Assembly (NCBI GenBank): GCA_049516875.1
Contig: JBEKSS010000007.1
Location: 64,001-128,000 of the forward strand
DNA: 64,000 bases
Direction: 5' to 3'
DNA from: Candidatus Bathyarchaeia archaeon
GTDB lineage: Archaea > Thermoproteota > Bathyarchaeia > Bathyarchaeales > Bathycorpusculaceae
Shown: positions 8,233 to 18,405 of the stretch, in pieces
Layout of the letters: each line of letters begins with the position of its first letter
Position numbering within the stretch: the first letter of the stretch is position 1
Notes under the pieces: generated by a model
Told to the model about the DNA's origin: nothing
Seen by the model: the letters and a program-made list of their open reading frames with translations, nothing else
Databases searched by the model: none
Program-made: the position numbers and the translations under genes

Positions 8233-11190
8233 CTAGGATTTTGTTATCACCGTAACGTTTAGTGGTTGTTCAATTGTTGTCCACAGTCCGTTGGTTCCAC
8301 CCGTGTCTGGATATATGGGGTTCTGGCCGTCGAAGGTCGCTATGGCGCCGGACCATATCAGGTCGTGTGGGTCGGTGAATGCAACTGGTCGCAGTGACAC
8401 GGGTTTGAGTTGAAGGGTCAGGGTTTGACTGTTGCCGTTTATAGAATCCATCACGTTTATTCCACCAGTCTGGTTTCCGAGGATGTAGTCCATCGCGTAG
8501 AGCTGGAGGTTTTGGGCAGTCGTCATCATGATGCCGAACCCATGATTGTTTCCCACGAATTCGCTCCAGTGATGCTGCCAACCGTTCGACGAATTGTAAT
8601 AGAAGCCAGAGCTGTTGTTGATCGTCGGATTGCTTCCTTGTATGCCGTCTTCCGTCATGTTCTCAGCCCACTGTACACCCCACTGATTCTGTGTTATCGT
8701 TGCTGTCGCCTGAAGCAAGGTGATGTCAGTTATTGTGCGGGGTTGTGTTGAGTTCACAAACATCAGTCTGAGTTCGTAAGTGTAGTAATTTGCGTTCGCT
8801 GGCAGCGTCAAAACGATGTGTCCATAAACGTTCGGGCAGCCGCCGATACCGCCGCTCCATTCTGGCTCTTGATGAATGATGTCTCTCACGATCCCGTGGT
8901 AAATCACAAACGACGGCGTTTCAGCCCCGTATGTGGGACCCTTCTGATTCAGACTCATGAAATTGACAGTGTTCTGCGTTCCTCCAAATGTCGAGGTGAC
9001 TGTGAACGAGCCCGCGTCCACCTTGAGGGTTAAGCCTCCGTTGGTCAAAATGCCGGCGTTCACGTTGTCTCCTGTGAAGGCAGTGCAAGTATAGGCGAGG
9101 GGCGTCTGAACTGCTGTTTCACTTCCATCCCACCAAATGGTTACGTTCACAACGTTCGGATACACCAAGAAAACAAGCATGTTTCTTCCACTGAAAATAC
9201 TTGCGTTGTCCGTCAAGCCTATTGGTACAGTGTAGTTGGAGGACCAGTCTTCTATCTGGAACGGTACTTCTCGCGTTACATTGTCTGTGGTTGTCTGCTT
9301 GACATGAATTGACTTCACTGGCAGCGGTATAATAGGTTCTGGACCTGGCGTCAAGTTAATGTTCTGTCCCAGCCATTGCATCGCTCCGTTCTGAAGCACT
9401 TCTATGACAGTAGGGGGACCTTGTGTTTGAGAAGCCGGTCTGGGCGAGCCAGGAGGGGTCTCCTCTTGACTGAGGGCAATTGAAGGTTCCGGGTTAACGA
9501 TATATCTGATTAGCAAATCATCAAAATAGGTTATGTCTCCTTGTCTTGAGCCTGCTATGCCCACCATGCCATATCCCCTCGTTTGCCCGCTACCGAAGTT
9601 ACCGTCAATGGTCCATGAGCTCGGTTCAGCTGAGTCTACTGGCCAGACTTTGACCTTGCCATTATTAGTTGCTGAACTGATAACTCTAAATTTCATGTAA
9701 TACCACGTGTTCGTTGTCCAACTGTAAGCTGTTTGGGTCCCCCATGAGCGCAAGTCATTCAGGAGGCTTAAAGTGTTTTGGTCGTTGTAAAACAGTGCGC
9801 AGTATCCGCTGCCTGAGGGGTCCATGTTGGAGGACAAGCCCATTCTTCCAGCATCGCCTCCCCCAAACTGGGCCACATCTATTTTTGCCACTATCTCCAC
9901 GTCCTGGGTAAGACTGCCCAAGGCGTTAACGATCAGCTTGTTCGGGTCTCCGCCTGCTCCAACATTCTTCAACATGCCATTCTGGATAGACCATGTGCCG
10001 CCATTTGTCTTGATGTAGGCTGGTTCTGTGGTTATGTCAGGCTCATCTGCCCTGTTGAAATCGTCAAACCACAAGTAAACATTGCTCTTATTTGCAGGCG
10101 GGTTCACAGCTGAGGGATTTCCATAATACAGGTAGTAGTTGTTGTCGGTCGACGGAGAGGAACTTATGGATGCTTGGGTTTTGAACCAGACTTGGGTTGA
10201 GCTGCCGTCCATGTTTATTATGTCACGGTCTAGTTCAACCCACGCCGACCCGTTCCAATTGACTATCCTTAGGTCAGATCCGTCCATGCGCATTTTTCCT
10301 GTAGAAACCAGAGAGGCAGTGTCAACCGTTGCCATGACGGAGTAGCCGGAACCAATTGTGGCTGCCGCGTTATTCGTGATCGTTATCAGCTTCCGATAAC
10401 TGTAGGCTGGGTTCCACCAGGCTGAGTTTGGCAGAGTAAAGTTGTAGCCTGTGAAGTTGAATGCGTAGGTGTACTGGTTGAAAGAGGAAGCTACGGTGGT
10501 TATGCCTCTTTGATCCTGGACTTCCACTACGTAGGCTTGAGGGCTTACCTCTGGAGGAATGTCTATCAAGTATGTTCCGTTTTCCAGTGATGGGTCTGTA
10601 GTTGGGCTAACCGATTGCCACGTTGAGTTTGTTTGGACGTACTGGTAGAATTTGAAGTTTTGTTTTGTCAGGTCTATTATAGGTTTATTTTCATCTCCGG
10701 TCACAACCAGGCTTGTCTGATTGTAGACGGTGGTGTTTGTGATTTGCGCCGTCAATCCGGCTGAAGGCGTGTATCTCACCCCGTAGATTCCCAGCTTTGT
10801 TAGATTATAGGCTACGTCAAGATATCCTGTGCTGTAGCTAGTCTTGTTGAACCATTCGGTGTGCATGGTCAAATTGTTCAGAGCGAAACCTGCTCCCCAG
10901 TCTGGATGCGTGTTTGCAATGTATGCCAATCCACTTGCAGTATAGTTCAACGTACTTTCATTCGCGTAAGAGAGATCTCCTGTAACTTTGATGACTGAGC
11001 CAAAATATCCTACGGCGAAACCCAGCATCTGTTTCAGAGCGAAATTGGTTTCGTCGATAGCGCTTAAGACTTGCGGCTGAACCTGAATAGTACTGTTAAG
11101 TATTATGGAGTAGGTCATTATGACTGTGGATACGAGTACTATCGCGACTAGCAAAGCCGCGATAATCGAGAACTGACCTTTGCGGTTCAA
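8233..11190 (-). CDS. Large pilin-like adhesin with class III signal peptide and DUF2341 module
   Basis: MNRKG|QFSIIAALL; DUF2341 motifs DGSDLRI, VWFK, YYLYYGNP, WFDDF; many N-x-S/T sequons. Confidence 0.8.
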   Translation of the reverse strand: MNRKGQFSIIAALLVAIVLVSTVIMTYSIILNSTIQVQPQVLSAIDETNFALKQMLGFAVGYFGSVIKVTGDLSYANESTLNYTASGLAYIANTHPDWGAGFALNNLTMHTEWFNKTSYSTGYLDVAYNLTKLGIYGVRYTPSAGLTAQITNTTVYNQTSLVVTGDENKPIIDLTKQNFKFYQYVQTNSTWQSVSPTTDPSLENGTYLIDIPPEVSPQAYVVEVQDQRGITTVASSFNQYTYAFNFTGYNFTLPNSAWWNPAYSYRKLITITNNAAATIGSGYSVMATVDTASLVSTGKMRMDGSDLRIVNWNGSAWVELDRDIINMDGSSTQVWFKTQASISSSPSTDNNYYLYYGNPSAVNPPANKSNVYLWFDDFNRADEPDITTEPAYIKTNGGTWSIQNGMLKNVGAGGDPNKLIVNALGSLTQDVEIVAKIDVAQFGGGDAGRMGLSSNMDPSGSGYCALFYNDQNTLSLLNDLRSWGTQTAYSWTTNTWYYMKFRVISSATNNGKVKVWPVDSAEPSSWTIDGNFGSGQTRGYGMVGIAGSRQGDITYFDDLLIRYIVNPEPSIALSQEETPPGSPRPASQTQGPPTVIEVLQNGAMQWLGQNINLTPGPEPIIPLPVKSIHVKQTTTDNVTREVPFQIEDWSSNYTVPIGLTDNASIFSGRNMLVFLVYPNVVNVTIWWDGSETAVQTPLAYTCTAFTGDNVNAGILTNGGLTLKVDAGSFTVTSTFGGTQNTVNFMSLNQKGPTYGAETPSFVIYHGIVRDIIHQEPEWSGGIGGCPNVYGHIVLTLPANANYYTYELRLMFVNSTQPRTITDITLLQATATITQNQWGVQWAENMTEDGIQGSNPTINNSSGFYYNSSNGWQHHWSEFVGNNHGFGIMMTTAQNLQLYAMDYILGNQTGGINVMDSINGNSQTLTLQLKPVSLRPVAFTDPHDLIWSGAIATFDGQNPIYPDTGGTNGLWTTIEQPLNVTVITKS

Positions 11191-11192
11191 TC

Positions 11193-12503
11193 TTATCCGC
11201 CTCCCGCCTCTCCAAGCTGCAAAACCACAAGCTTGGAGGTCCCGGCAGCCGTGTACACGGATTTGTAGATTCTTGGGTTATAATCGCACAAAAGGCCCAG
11301 CGCGGTAAGCCTGACATCTGGAACTCGTGTCAAACCCAGTGCAAAAAGAGAGCCTGTCGTATCTGTGCTTCCTTTAGAAATGTGATCGTAGACGGCTCCA
11401 GCGGCACCGTTCGGTTGATTGAAAAGGGGTGCGGCGGTGGTTAAGTTGTACTGAACGGTATTCAGTGAACTCAGAGCTCTGGTGGCCGTTTGGATAGGAG
11501 ATGGGTAAATGCCGTAATAGTCGCATTTGTCAAGAGCTGTGGATGAAAGGGTGACGACACCGACATCGGAAGTTAACCAAGCACCATTGTAGCTATATCC
11601 TTGGTCATCTAGGCCCTCAAGAAAAGCATTGAGTCCAGCAGCGCCGACCAACTTCATGCCGAATATGCCCCACGTGTTTTGGTCTCCCGGGCCTGTGAAC
11701 TGAAGAGTATTTGAAACATAATACAGTGGATAGCCGACTATGCTCACCCAAGTCCAATTGTATTGATTGACCCGCTTGCCCAACTGGTAGGCGTACTGAG
11801 CGTACGAGTCACCGGAATAGAGGTTGGAATAGTTTGCAGGTATCGGAACGGCTTCTCCACACGTGTTAATGATGATTGCATTTTGCAGGCTTTCATTTCC
11901 TAATGGCTGTCCGTCCAATATCTGTCCAAACTGGGTTGTGTTTTGAACCAGTATGATGGATGAGGGCTGGAAGTATGGGACAAGCAGGTTTGCCAAGTCT
12001 TCTGCGATGCTTTGACCAGTGTATCCTGTGATCCACCAGCCGTTTGCGTCGCTACAGTCCAGAATATAGAGTGTTGCTCCTATTTTCTGTGCCGTCAAAC
12101 TGAAGGTCACGTTGGAGGAGGCAACCATGTAGGAAGCCACGTCGGATCCTATGCCCAAGCTTTCAGCGTTGGAAATTGACCTGCTTGCGCTGTAAAGCTC
12201 CTGTCCGTTTTGGCTTGAAATGTCGTAAACGGTTAAGTTGTAGACCACGCTTGTCGGTAAGGATGCTGAAAGCGCAACTTGAAGCTGATTCCAAGCGGTA
12301 TTATTTTCAGTGTCAAAGGCAGCGTCGCTAACGTCATGCTGCACATCTAGGGTCTCAAGGGTCGACAAGGCGAGTCTTCTCAAGTTCAGAGGCGAAACTT
12401 GACGTGGCGATGGCAAAACAGCGAAGAAAGTGGCTGTCAAAAAGGCTCCCGTCATTATGAGGATTACGATTAATATCTCAACCGTGCGCATCATCTTAGC
12501 CAA
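11193..12503 (-). CDS. Pilus-associated minor pilin-like protein
   Basis: N-terminal RTVEILIVILIM hydrophobic helix with Glu; overlaps or abuts neighbours in the pilus operon. Confidence 0.65.
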   Translation of the reverse strand: MAKMMRTVEILIVILIMTGAFLTATFFAVLPSPRQVSPLNLRRLALSTLETLDVQHDVSDAAFDTENNTAWNQLQVALSASLPTSVVYNLTVYDISSQNGQELYSASRSISNAESLGIGSDVASYMVASSNVTFSLTAQKIGATLYILDCSDANGWWITGYTGQSIAEDLANLLVPYFQPSSIILVQNTTQFGQILDGQPLGNESLQNAIIINTCGEAVPIPANYSNLYSGDSYAQYAYQLGKRVNQYNWTWVSIVGYPLYYVSNTLQFTGPGDQNTWGIFGMKLVGAAGLNAFLEGLDDQGYSYNGAWLTSDVGVVTLSSTALDKCDYYGIYPSPIQTATRALSSLNTVQYNLTTAAPLFNQPNGAAGAVYDHISKGSTDTTGSLFALGLTRVPDVRLTALGLLCDYNPRIYKSVYTAAGTSKLVVLQLGEAGGG

Positions 12504-13680
12504 TCACCTGATAACCTTGCAGACTCCAGAGGGAGAGTTTCGCTTGATACGCGATGTCTCCAATGAGGACTTGGCGCAAGTCCGTGGCAACCCAGTTTTT
12601 TCCGAAGGGGTTGGCACCGAAGGTCACGGATGCTCCTATCGAGTTGACTCCAACGGGGGTGATCACCATGCCGTAGCTGTTTCCATCGCCATAGGCGACA
12701 ACCAAGAAACCAGTCTGATTGTCAGTGATGATCTGCAAATTCTGAGAAGGTGCGGTGTTGTCCACACTCCCGGAGAAGATTCCAGCTGGAATCGGCACGA
12801 AATTGTCGGGCAGGACATAAAAAGAGGCGTTGAAATACAGGGGACCCATGCCGGTCTGCGGATTCTGGGTGAGCGATACGTTTGCTATTCCATTATCGTA
12901 GCTCTGGATATAGGGGATTAGACTCCCGGCGTTGGTCACGGTTTCTTGTGACAGGTAGCCTATTCCACTAATTCCAGCTGTGCTGGCTTTCACTATGAAC
13001 GTGAATGCGGTTCCACTGCTCAAGGATGGAAACTCTTTGAATGCGATGCCGGAAGAGTCGGTTTGGAGAATGTCGGACGTGAAATTGTAATTCATGATGG
13101 GATATTCGCCTGGACCTGGGTTCGCCCAGAACATCAGGTAGTTCAGGTATGCGTTGCTGAGTGGAAACCCAGTTCCGTATGCTTGAATTTTGAGTTTCAG
13201 ATAGGCATCGGGTACCTCGGAAATGTTCACCGTGATGGTCGGCGTAATCGCCAGTTGAAAATCGTAGGTTCCGTTTATCCCCAACAGACTAGTCACGTCG
13301 CGGTAACTGATGCACTGGCTTGCTTGCAGGAGTAAGTATCCACCATTTAGGCTCCATGAGACGTTGTTGTATTGTTGAGCCCCCGGGGAAAGTAGTCGCA
13401 TGGGGGAAAAGGGGCTTAGCCGGTACTCTTGGAATTCGGGGTCTTGCAAGCCGAAGAATGTAAGCTTCTGCGTGCTACTACCCGAGACTCCCCAATCGGA
13501 GGGAGTACCTGGATTCAACAGTATGCTGTCGAGAACGTCGCTGCACTTTGTTGCGATGTATCTGTGGTACTGATATACGATTGCTGTTTGATTCATTTGA
13601 TTGTAGAATCCGATGAAAAGCAGTATAGCGGCTAAGAAGACTGTGAAAGCAACCAAATGATCTATTGTTGCGCCTGCCAC
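12496..13680 (-). CDS. Pilus-associated minor pilin-like protein
   Basis: MAGATIDHLVAFTVFLAA N-terminal helix and LNPGTPSDWG motif; GTG start at 13680 (the ORF track extends to 13707). Confidence 0.65.
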   Translation of the reverse strand: MAGATIDHLVAFTVFLAAILLFIGFYNQMNQTAIVYQYHRYIATKCSDVLDSILLNPGTPSDWGVSGSSTQKLTFFGLQDPEFQEYRLSPFSPMRLLSPGAQQYNNVSWSLNGGYLLLQASQCISYRDVTSLLGINGTYDFQLAITPTITVNISEVPDAYLKLKIQAYGTGFPLSNAYLNYLMFWANPGPGEYPIMNYNFTSDILQTDSSGIAFKEFPSLSSGTAFTFIVKASTAGISGIGYLSQETVTNAGSLIPYIQSYDNGIANVSLTQNPQTGMGPLYFNASFYVLPDNFVPIPAGIFSGSVDNTAPSQNLQIITDNQTGFLVVAYGDGNSYGMVITPVGVNSIGASVTFGANPFGKNWVATDLRQVLIGDIAYQAKLSLWSLQGYQVIG

Positions 13681-13696
13681 TATGTACCGCCCCTCA

Positions 13697-14179
13697 TTAT
13701 CCTCCAAATCCTAGCTTGATGGTTCCGTTTTGAAACTTCTCAGCGTAAGCGTTCGCATTCGTGGAATTGCTCACAAAGGTCGTTGGAAGATCCCACTGTG
13801 CGTTTGAACCAAGGAGGACTGAGGCCGTTACCTGATACTTAGTGGTCACTAGTCTGACGGTTATCTCGAGTACTTGGCTCGAATTTGCCACAGAACCTGA
13901 GGATTGAAGTGTTGCGTTTGCTGCATAATAGTACCCTTCTATGTAAGGGGGAAGCCCAAACTGGTCAGAAGTTGTTCCAGCTGGTATGGTGGGATGATTA
14001 AGCGCGAAGTACATCTGTTGTATCGCACTCCCCATGTTGCTGGCAGCGTCTTGAAGTACAAGTGTCCTTCGCGAATCAACCCAAACATTCATCAGATAAC
14101 TCGCAACCACAGGAAACAAGAAAATCTGTAATACTAGAATCGGAATCATGATCACGTGTTCAATAGTTACATGCGGCGT
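13697..14179 (-). CDS. Small minor pilin-like protein
   Basis: (M)PHVTIEHVIMIPILVLQIFLF helix; the best GGAGG-spaced in-frame start is ACG at 14179, first canonical start is GTG 14155. Confidence 0.65.
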   Translation of the reverse strand, partial: TPHVTIEHVIMIPILVLQIFLFPVVASYLMNVWVDSRRTLVLQDAASNMGSAIQQMYFALNHPTIPAGTTSDQFGLPPYIEGYYYAANATLQSSGSVANSSQVLEITVRLVTTKYQVTASVLLGSNAQWDLPTTFVSNSTNANAYAEKFQNGTIKLGFGG

Positions 14180-14201
14180 ACATGAACCTCCTTTGAGTCT
14201 T

Positions 14202-15035
14202 CTAGGCGGAAGCCCCTAGCGAGACGGTTACATTCCCCCCGTAAATTTCGACAACCGAATTAGGCCCGAGGATGACTGTTTGACTTGTAGCCAAAAAGTT
14301 GAAAAAGTCCGACGTTAAACCCATCCCCACACCGTTCGGGAAGGCTACAGTGATCGTAACAGTGGTGACATTGCTGGATATCTGGTGGGGAACGTTTATT
14401 CCTGTCAAGGTCACTGACTGCGCCAGTTGTGGGGATGAGCCCTGATTGAGAATTGGCAGGTAGAAACGGGCGTAATTGACATTGTTTATCATGGAATTAA
14501 GCTGGCGGACGATTGGTGCGATTACTATTCTGATGTAGTTTCCATCCTGCATAGGTACTTTCTCGATGACAAAGGCTTTGCACACGGGTGCAGAGGTGCC
14601 GTTTTGCAGGAAACTGTTTGATGATGGGAATATCTCTTCAAAGTAGTTATTCGCAACCGAATAATCGCTTGTCGGTATACTGAACAGAATTGCACCGACG
14701 TTAAAGCTGGCCACAAGTGACCCGTCAAAGTAGAAACTGTAGGTCAAGGCTGGAGACCGAAATGTAACTTCCCCGTATTTGCTCGCATAAGTCAAGGTTT
14801 GAGTACGTCCAGGAATCCAAGCCACATCATCCACTTGGAGACCGAGAGTCTGCATAAACTGCTTCATAGAGTTGAAATCGTTCTGAGCGATCTGTCCGTT
14901 CAAATAGCTGTTCACAAAAGTAATGGTCACAAGAAGCATCACTATGATGGCGCTTGTCAATATAGTCGTTGAAATCGCCGAACTTATGGCTCGTTTGTTC
15001 TTTCGCCACCGTCGAAGTGAGTTTCTCAAGGCCAT
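14202..15035 (-). CDS. Type IV pilin-like protein (class III signal peptide)
   Basis: KNKRA|ISSAISTTILTSAII followed by a hydrophobic helix. Confidence 0.8.
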   Translation of the reverse strand: MALRNSLRRWRKNKRAISSAISTTILTSAIIVMLLVTITFVNSYLNGQIAQNDFNSMKQFMQTLGLQVDDVAWIPGRTQTLTYASKYGEVTFRSPALTYSFYFDGSLVASFNVGAILFSIPTSDYSVANNYFEEIFPSSNSFLQNGTSAPVCKAFVIEKVPMQDGNYIRIVIAPIVRQLNSMINNVNYARFYLPILNQGSSPQLAQSVTLTGINVPHQISSNVTTVTITVAFPNGVGMGLTSDFFNFLATSQTVILGPNSVVEIYGGNVTVSLGASA

Positions 15036-15057
15036 GTCCGGTCTCTCTCCTCCACGC

Positions 15058-16734
15058 TCAGAGCTTGATGAACATGGGCAATAGCTCTGCTGCTACGATT
15101 GAAATTATGACTAGAACTGCCGCATGCTTGAACCCTGCCGCTATGGATTCCTCGCTGATTTTTCCAGCCACGATACCTACCATATAGCTGTAGAAAATAG
15201 CTGACGTCGTGAAAATTTGTCTGATCCAGTCCATGTTTGCTGGAGGCGGAGCTCCACCAACTCCTATAGTACCTGTCGTGAAACCCAGCATCATCGATGT
15301 GGTCACGACGAGAAGCAGTGCCGCAAAGTAGGGCATCATGATGTAGGGTCGAGTTGAAGATTTCTTTTCTTTTTCAACCTCTTGGGTCGAATTGTTGAAT
15401 CTGGCAAGCGACTCTATCATTTCAATAGTGCCCCCGCCGACATCCACCGTCTCAACGAGCAAGAACATGACGATTTGCGTCATCCAACTTTTCGTCCTGC
15501 TTATGAAGTCCATCATCACCTTTTTCAGCGGGATTCCCCAAGAGATTTCTGAGCTGATTTTGCGCAGTTCTTTGCTGAACACGCCATATTCGCGGTGTGA
15601 AAGGCTTTCAATGCACTTTTCGGGTGAGAGTCCTGTTTTTCTGACTTCCGTCAGGTCTCTTAGAAAGCTGTTTATGCCTTGTTCCGTGCTTGTTTTTTTA
15701 CTTGAGAGTTTGCCGTGTACAACGGCTGCTGGTGCAGCTGAGACGAACAATGCTAACGCAAGCGCCACGGGCATTTGGCTCAGTATGCCAAAACCGCGAC
15801 TGAGAAAGAGGAAGAGGAACAATGCTATTCCCGCTATGGCACACACGGCAAAGACTTTGTATGGTCGCATTTCAGTAACCGGTGTTTTAGGCTGCATGCT
15901 ATGTGCCAGGTAAACGAACATCATTGACAGCATTGGACTGAAGACGAATGTGTAGAGAATAATGGTTGAAACATCACCGCCAGATCCGCCGCCAACCCCA
16001 ATGTTTTGTACACTGAACATTATGTAGAAGCAGAGAGACATCATCACGTTGACTATTATGAAAGTTTCCAGAAGCATTCCGAGTCTTTCAGCTGCAGCTC
16101 TGACGCGCAATGCTCTGGCCTTGAAAATGTCTTCTGCCTTTCTTTCCAAAAAGTGTCCGATGTCTCCGCCGATGATGACTGTTGACGAGTACCCTGAAAG
16201 GAAATCTTTGAAGATGTCTAATGGGTTTTTCTTTGCCGCGTTCTGAATCGCGGTTAACGGGTCTATTCCAAAGATCTCCACGTCTTTTATGATTTCTCTT
16301 GCTTCCACCTTCATCGCGGGCATCAGTTCGACCTGTGCGAGTCGTTTAAAACTGGTGTACGGTGCTATGCCGCCTGAAGCCATGACGCTGATGTAAGCTG
16401 TGGCAAACGGCATTTCTCTTTCCAGATTGCTTGCTCTCTCGCCGGATCTGGACATGGGAACCACTAGAAATCCAATCATCACATAGAACGGAGCGGGTAT
16501 CAAGAAAATAATTGGCATGAAACCATAGAGAAGCACGACAACCACCGAGATTATTGACAACGGAAGCATCATCACAGCCGCGAAGAACATTAGTGAGACG
16601 TAGGTTTCTGGGTAAATCTTGATTTTTGCCCGTTCCAGGTAATCCTTGAATTCGAAGACGTTTTTCAGAAAGGAGGGTGCAATGTTCCCGAAAAGACGGA
16701 AGGACCATGCCTCAAGGGTTTTTAGAAGCGGCAA
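15058..16734 (-). CDS. Type II secretion system F / TadC-FlaJ-like pilus platform protein
   Basis: Two T2SSF repeats (EREMPFA...MASGG; FLRDLTEVRKTG), multiple TM helices, overlaps the ATPase. Confidence 0.9.
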   Translation of the reverse strand: MPLLKTLEAWSFRLFGNIAPSFLKNVFEFKDYLERAKIKIYPETYVSLMFFAAVMMLPLSIISVVVVLLYGFMPIIFLIPAPFYVMIGFLVVPMSRSGERASNLEREMPFATAYISVMASGGIAPYTSFKRLAQVELMPAMKVEAREIIKDVEIFGIDPLTAIQNAAKKNPLDIFKDFLSGYSSTVIIGGDIGHFLERKAEDIFKARALRVRAAAERLGMLLETFIIVNVMMSLCFYIMFSVQNIGVGGGSGGDVSTIILYTFVFSPMLSMMFVYLAHSMQPKTPVTEMRPYKVFAVCAIAGIALFLFLFLSRGFGILSQMPVALALALFVSAAPAAVVHGKLSSKKTSTEQGINSFLRDLTEVRKTGLSPEKCIESLSHREYGVFSKELRKISSEISWGIPLKKVMMDFISRTKSWMTQIVMFLLVETVDVGGGTIEMIESLARFNNSTQEVEKEKKSSTRPYIMMPYFAALLLVVTTSMMLGFTTGTIGVGGAPPPANMDWIRQIFTTSAIFYSYMVGIVAGKISEESIAAGFKHAAVLVIISIVAAELLPMFIKL

Positions 16735-18340
16735 TTACCTTAACCTCCTCCCCGGCTAGGACTTTTTCATAAATCTGCTTCGGTCTGGCGCAATACTCTG
16801 CAATAATTGCGGCCACATCTTTGTAACTTCTAATCTTGCGTTCTATCATCCAATGCAAAACGTTCTTGCGTCTCTCAATTTCATCGAGCAGCTCTTTCCT
16901 GCTTGAACCCATGCGTTCGGAGATGGCAGACAACAGAACGCTCTTGTCGAAACTCGATTTGTGCTCGTCCTCGTTCGGTTGCCATTTGAAGATGCCTCTG
17001 TAATCTTGATAATCCGCGATTTCACTAACGTTAAGCACTCGTCTGAAGGCCTTCCTTTCATTGTTTTTGACAAGGTGAACTCTCTGAATTGACAGTATGA
17101 TGTTCATCAACGGAAGATAGGCAGGCGAGATGTCCATGGGTTTCTGCGTCAGACGCTTGAGCGCCGAATCCAGGTTTTCAGCGTGCATCGTGCACATTCC
17201 ACCGTGGCCCGTTGCCAGCGCTTGGAAAAGCACGTAAGCTTCTTGGCCTCGGACCTCGCCCACGATCAGTATGTCTGGGCGATGTCTCATTGAGGTTTTT
17301 ACAAGGTCGAAAAGAGCAACTTCGCCGATGCTGTTTCCGCCCAAGCCATAGCTCTGTCTGGAAATCAGCGAAATCCAGTTTTCATGAGACAAGTTCAGTT
17401 CTGCCGTTTCTTCAATGGTGATTATTTTGCTTCCCGGCTTAATCAAACAGGCTAAGGCGTTTAGGGCTGTTGTTTTTCCAGCAGCCGTTCCCCCTAAAAC
17501 CATGATTGACGACCTGTTCTCAAGACACAGCCAGAAATAGGCAGCCATTTCCTCTGAGAAAGTGCCTATGTTAATCAAGTCTATTATTGAATAAGGGTCT
17601 TCTCTGAATTTTCTGATAGTGAAGGCGGTTCCGAAAGGCGTGACCTCACGTCTGTAACAGACTGCCAACCTGTGCTTTCCGGGCAACGAGGCATCCACTA
17701 TTGGAAAGGCTGAGCTCACGTGTTTTCCAGCCATGTGAACGAGCTTGACAACCATGTTGTCGAGTTCTTCGTCATTTTCGAACTGAATGTTTGTTTCGAT
17801 GCTTTCGTAGTTTCTGTGCCAAATGTAAACCGACCTCTGAACACCATCACATGAGATGTCTTCAATGTTTGGGTCTCGCATTAGCGGATCAATCGAACTA
17901 AAACCAACAAGATCCCTCTCAGCGTGGTAGAGAATCTTGTACCACGAAACATCCGGTAACCAACCCAAGCTTATTCGGTATTTATCGACAATCTTCTTGG
18001 CTTCATCTGCGAAAAACTTTCTCGGATCAGCGATCTCTTCTTTTGGCGACTCTATTTCGGCGAGCAATATCTCTAAAATTCGCTGGTAAACGCTTCTTTC
18101 AAGCGGATCAAGCTGCAGCTCGTCCAAAATATACTTGAATTCTCCAGTCTTGGGGTTCTGGGCAATGGCCACATGGGCAAAAGGTTCGTAAAGCGGATAC
18201 TTCTCGGCTATCCTGTACCCTCTGGGCACGGGCTTCGGAGGAGGCGATCCAGGTGCGGGCTGCTCACGTCTCTTGAGGTTCAGCCTGACCTGCACCTTTT
18301 TTAGCCTCGCTAATGTTCCCTTCAACCGCAACTGTGTCAT
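16712..18340 (-). CDS. Type II/IV secretion system (pilus assembly) ATPase
   Basis: Walker A GGTAAGKTT, Asp box TIEETAEL, RHRPDILIVGEVRG, His box TGHGGMCTMHA; ATG 18340 after AGGAG. Confidence 0.95.
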   Translation of the reverse strand: MTQLRLKGTLARLKKVQVRLNLKRREQPAPGSPPPKPVPRGYRIAEKYPLYEPFAHVAIAQNPKTGEFKYILDELQLDPLERSVYQRILEILLAEIESPKEEIADPRKFFADEAKKIVDKYRISLGWLPDVSWYKILYHAERDLVGFSSIDPLMRDPNIEDISCDGVQRSVYIWHRNYESIETNIQFENDEELDNMVVKLVHMAGKHVSSAFPIVDASLPGKHRLAVCYRREVTPFGTAFTIRKFREDPYSIIDLINIGTFSEEMAAYFWLCLENRSSIMVLGGTAAGKTTALNALACLIKPGSKIITIEETAELNLSHENWISLISRQSYGLGGNSIGEVALFDLVKTSMRHRPDILIVGEVRGQEAYVLFQALATGHGGMCTMHAENLDSALKRLTQKPMDISPAYLPLMNIILSIQRVHLVKNNERKAFRRVLNVSEIADYQDYRGIFKWQPNEDEHKSSFDKSVLLSAISERMGSSRKELLDEIERRKNVLHWMIERKIRSYKDVAAIIAEYCARPKQIYEKVLAGEEVKVIAASKNP

Positions 18341-18405
18341 TGTTGTTCTCCTATGCACTAATTAATGGGGGGCGGAGTCTATTAAATATTGCGTCTCAAG
18401 ATACA

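Noticed and set aside
6119-18340. Archaellum operon
   Set aside because: No FlaH, FlaF/G or archaellin-type sequence; gene content fits a pilus
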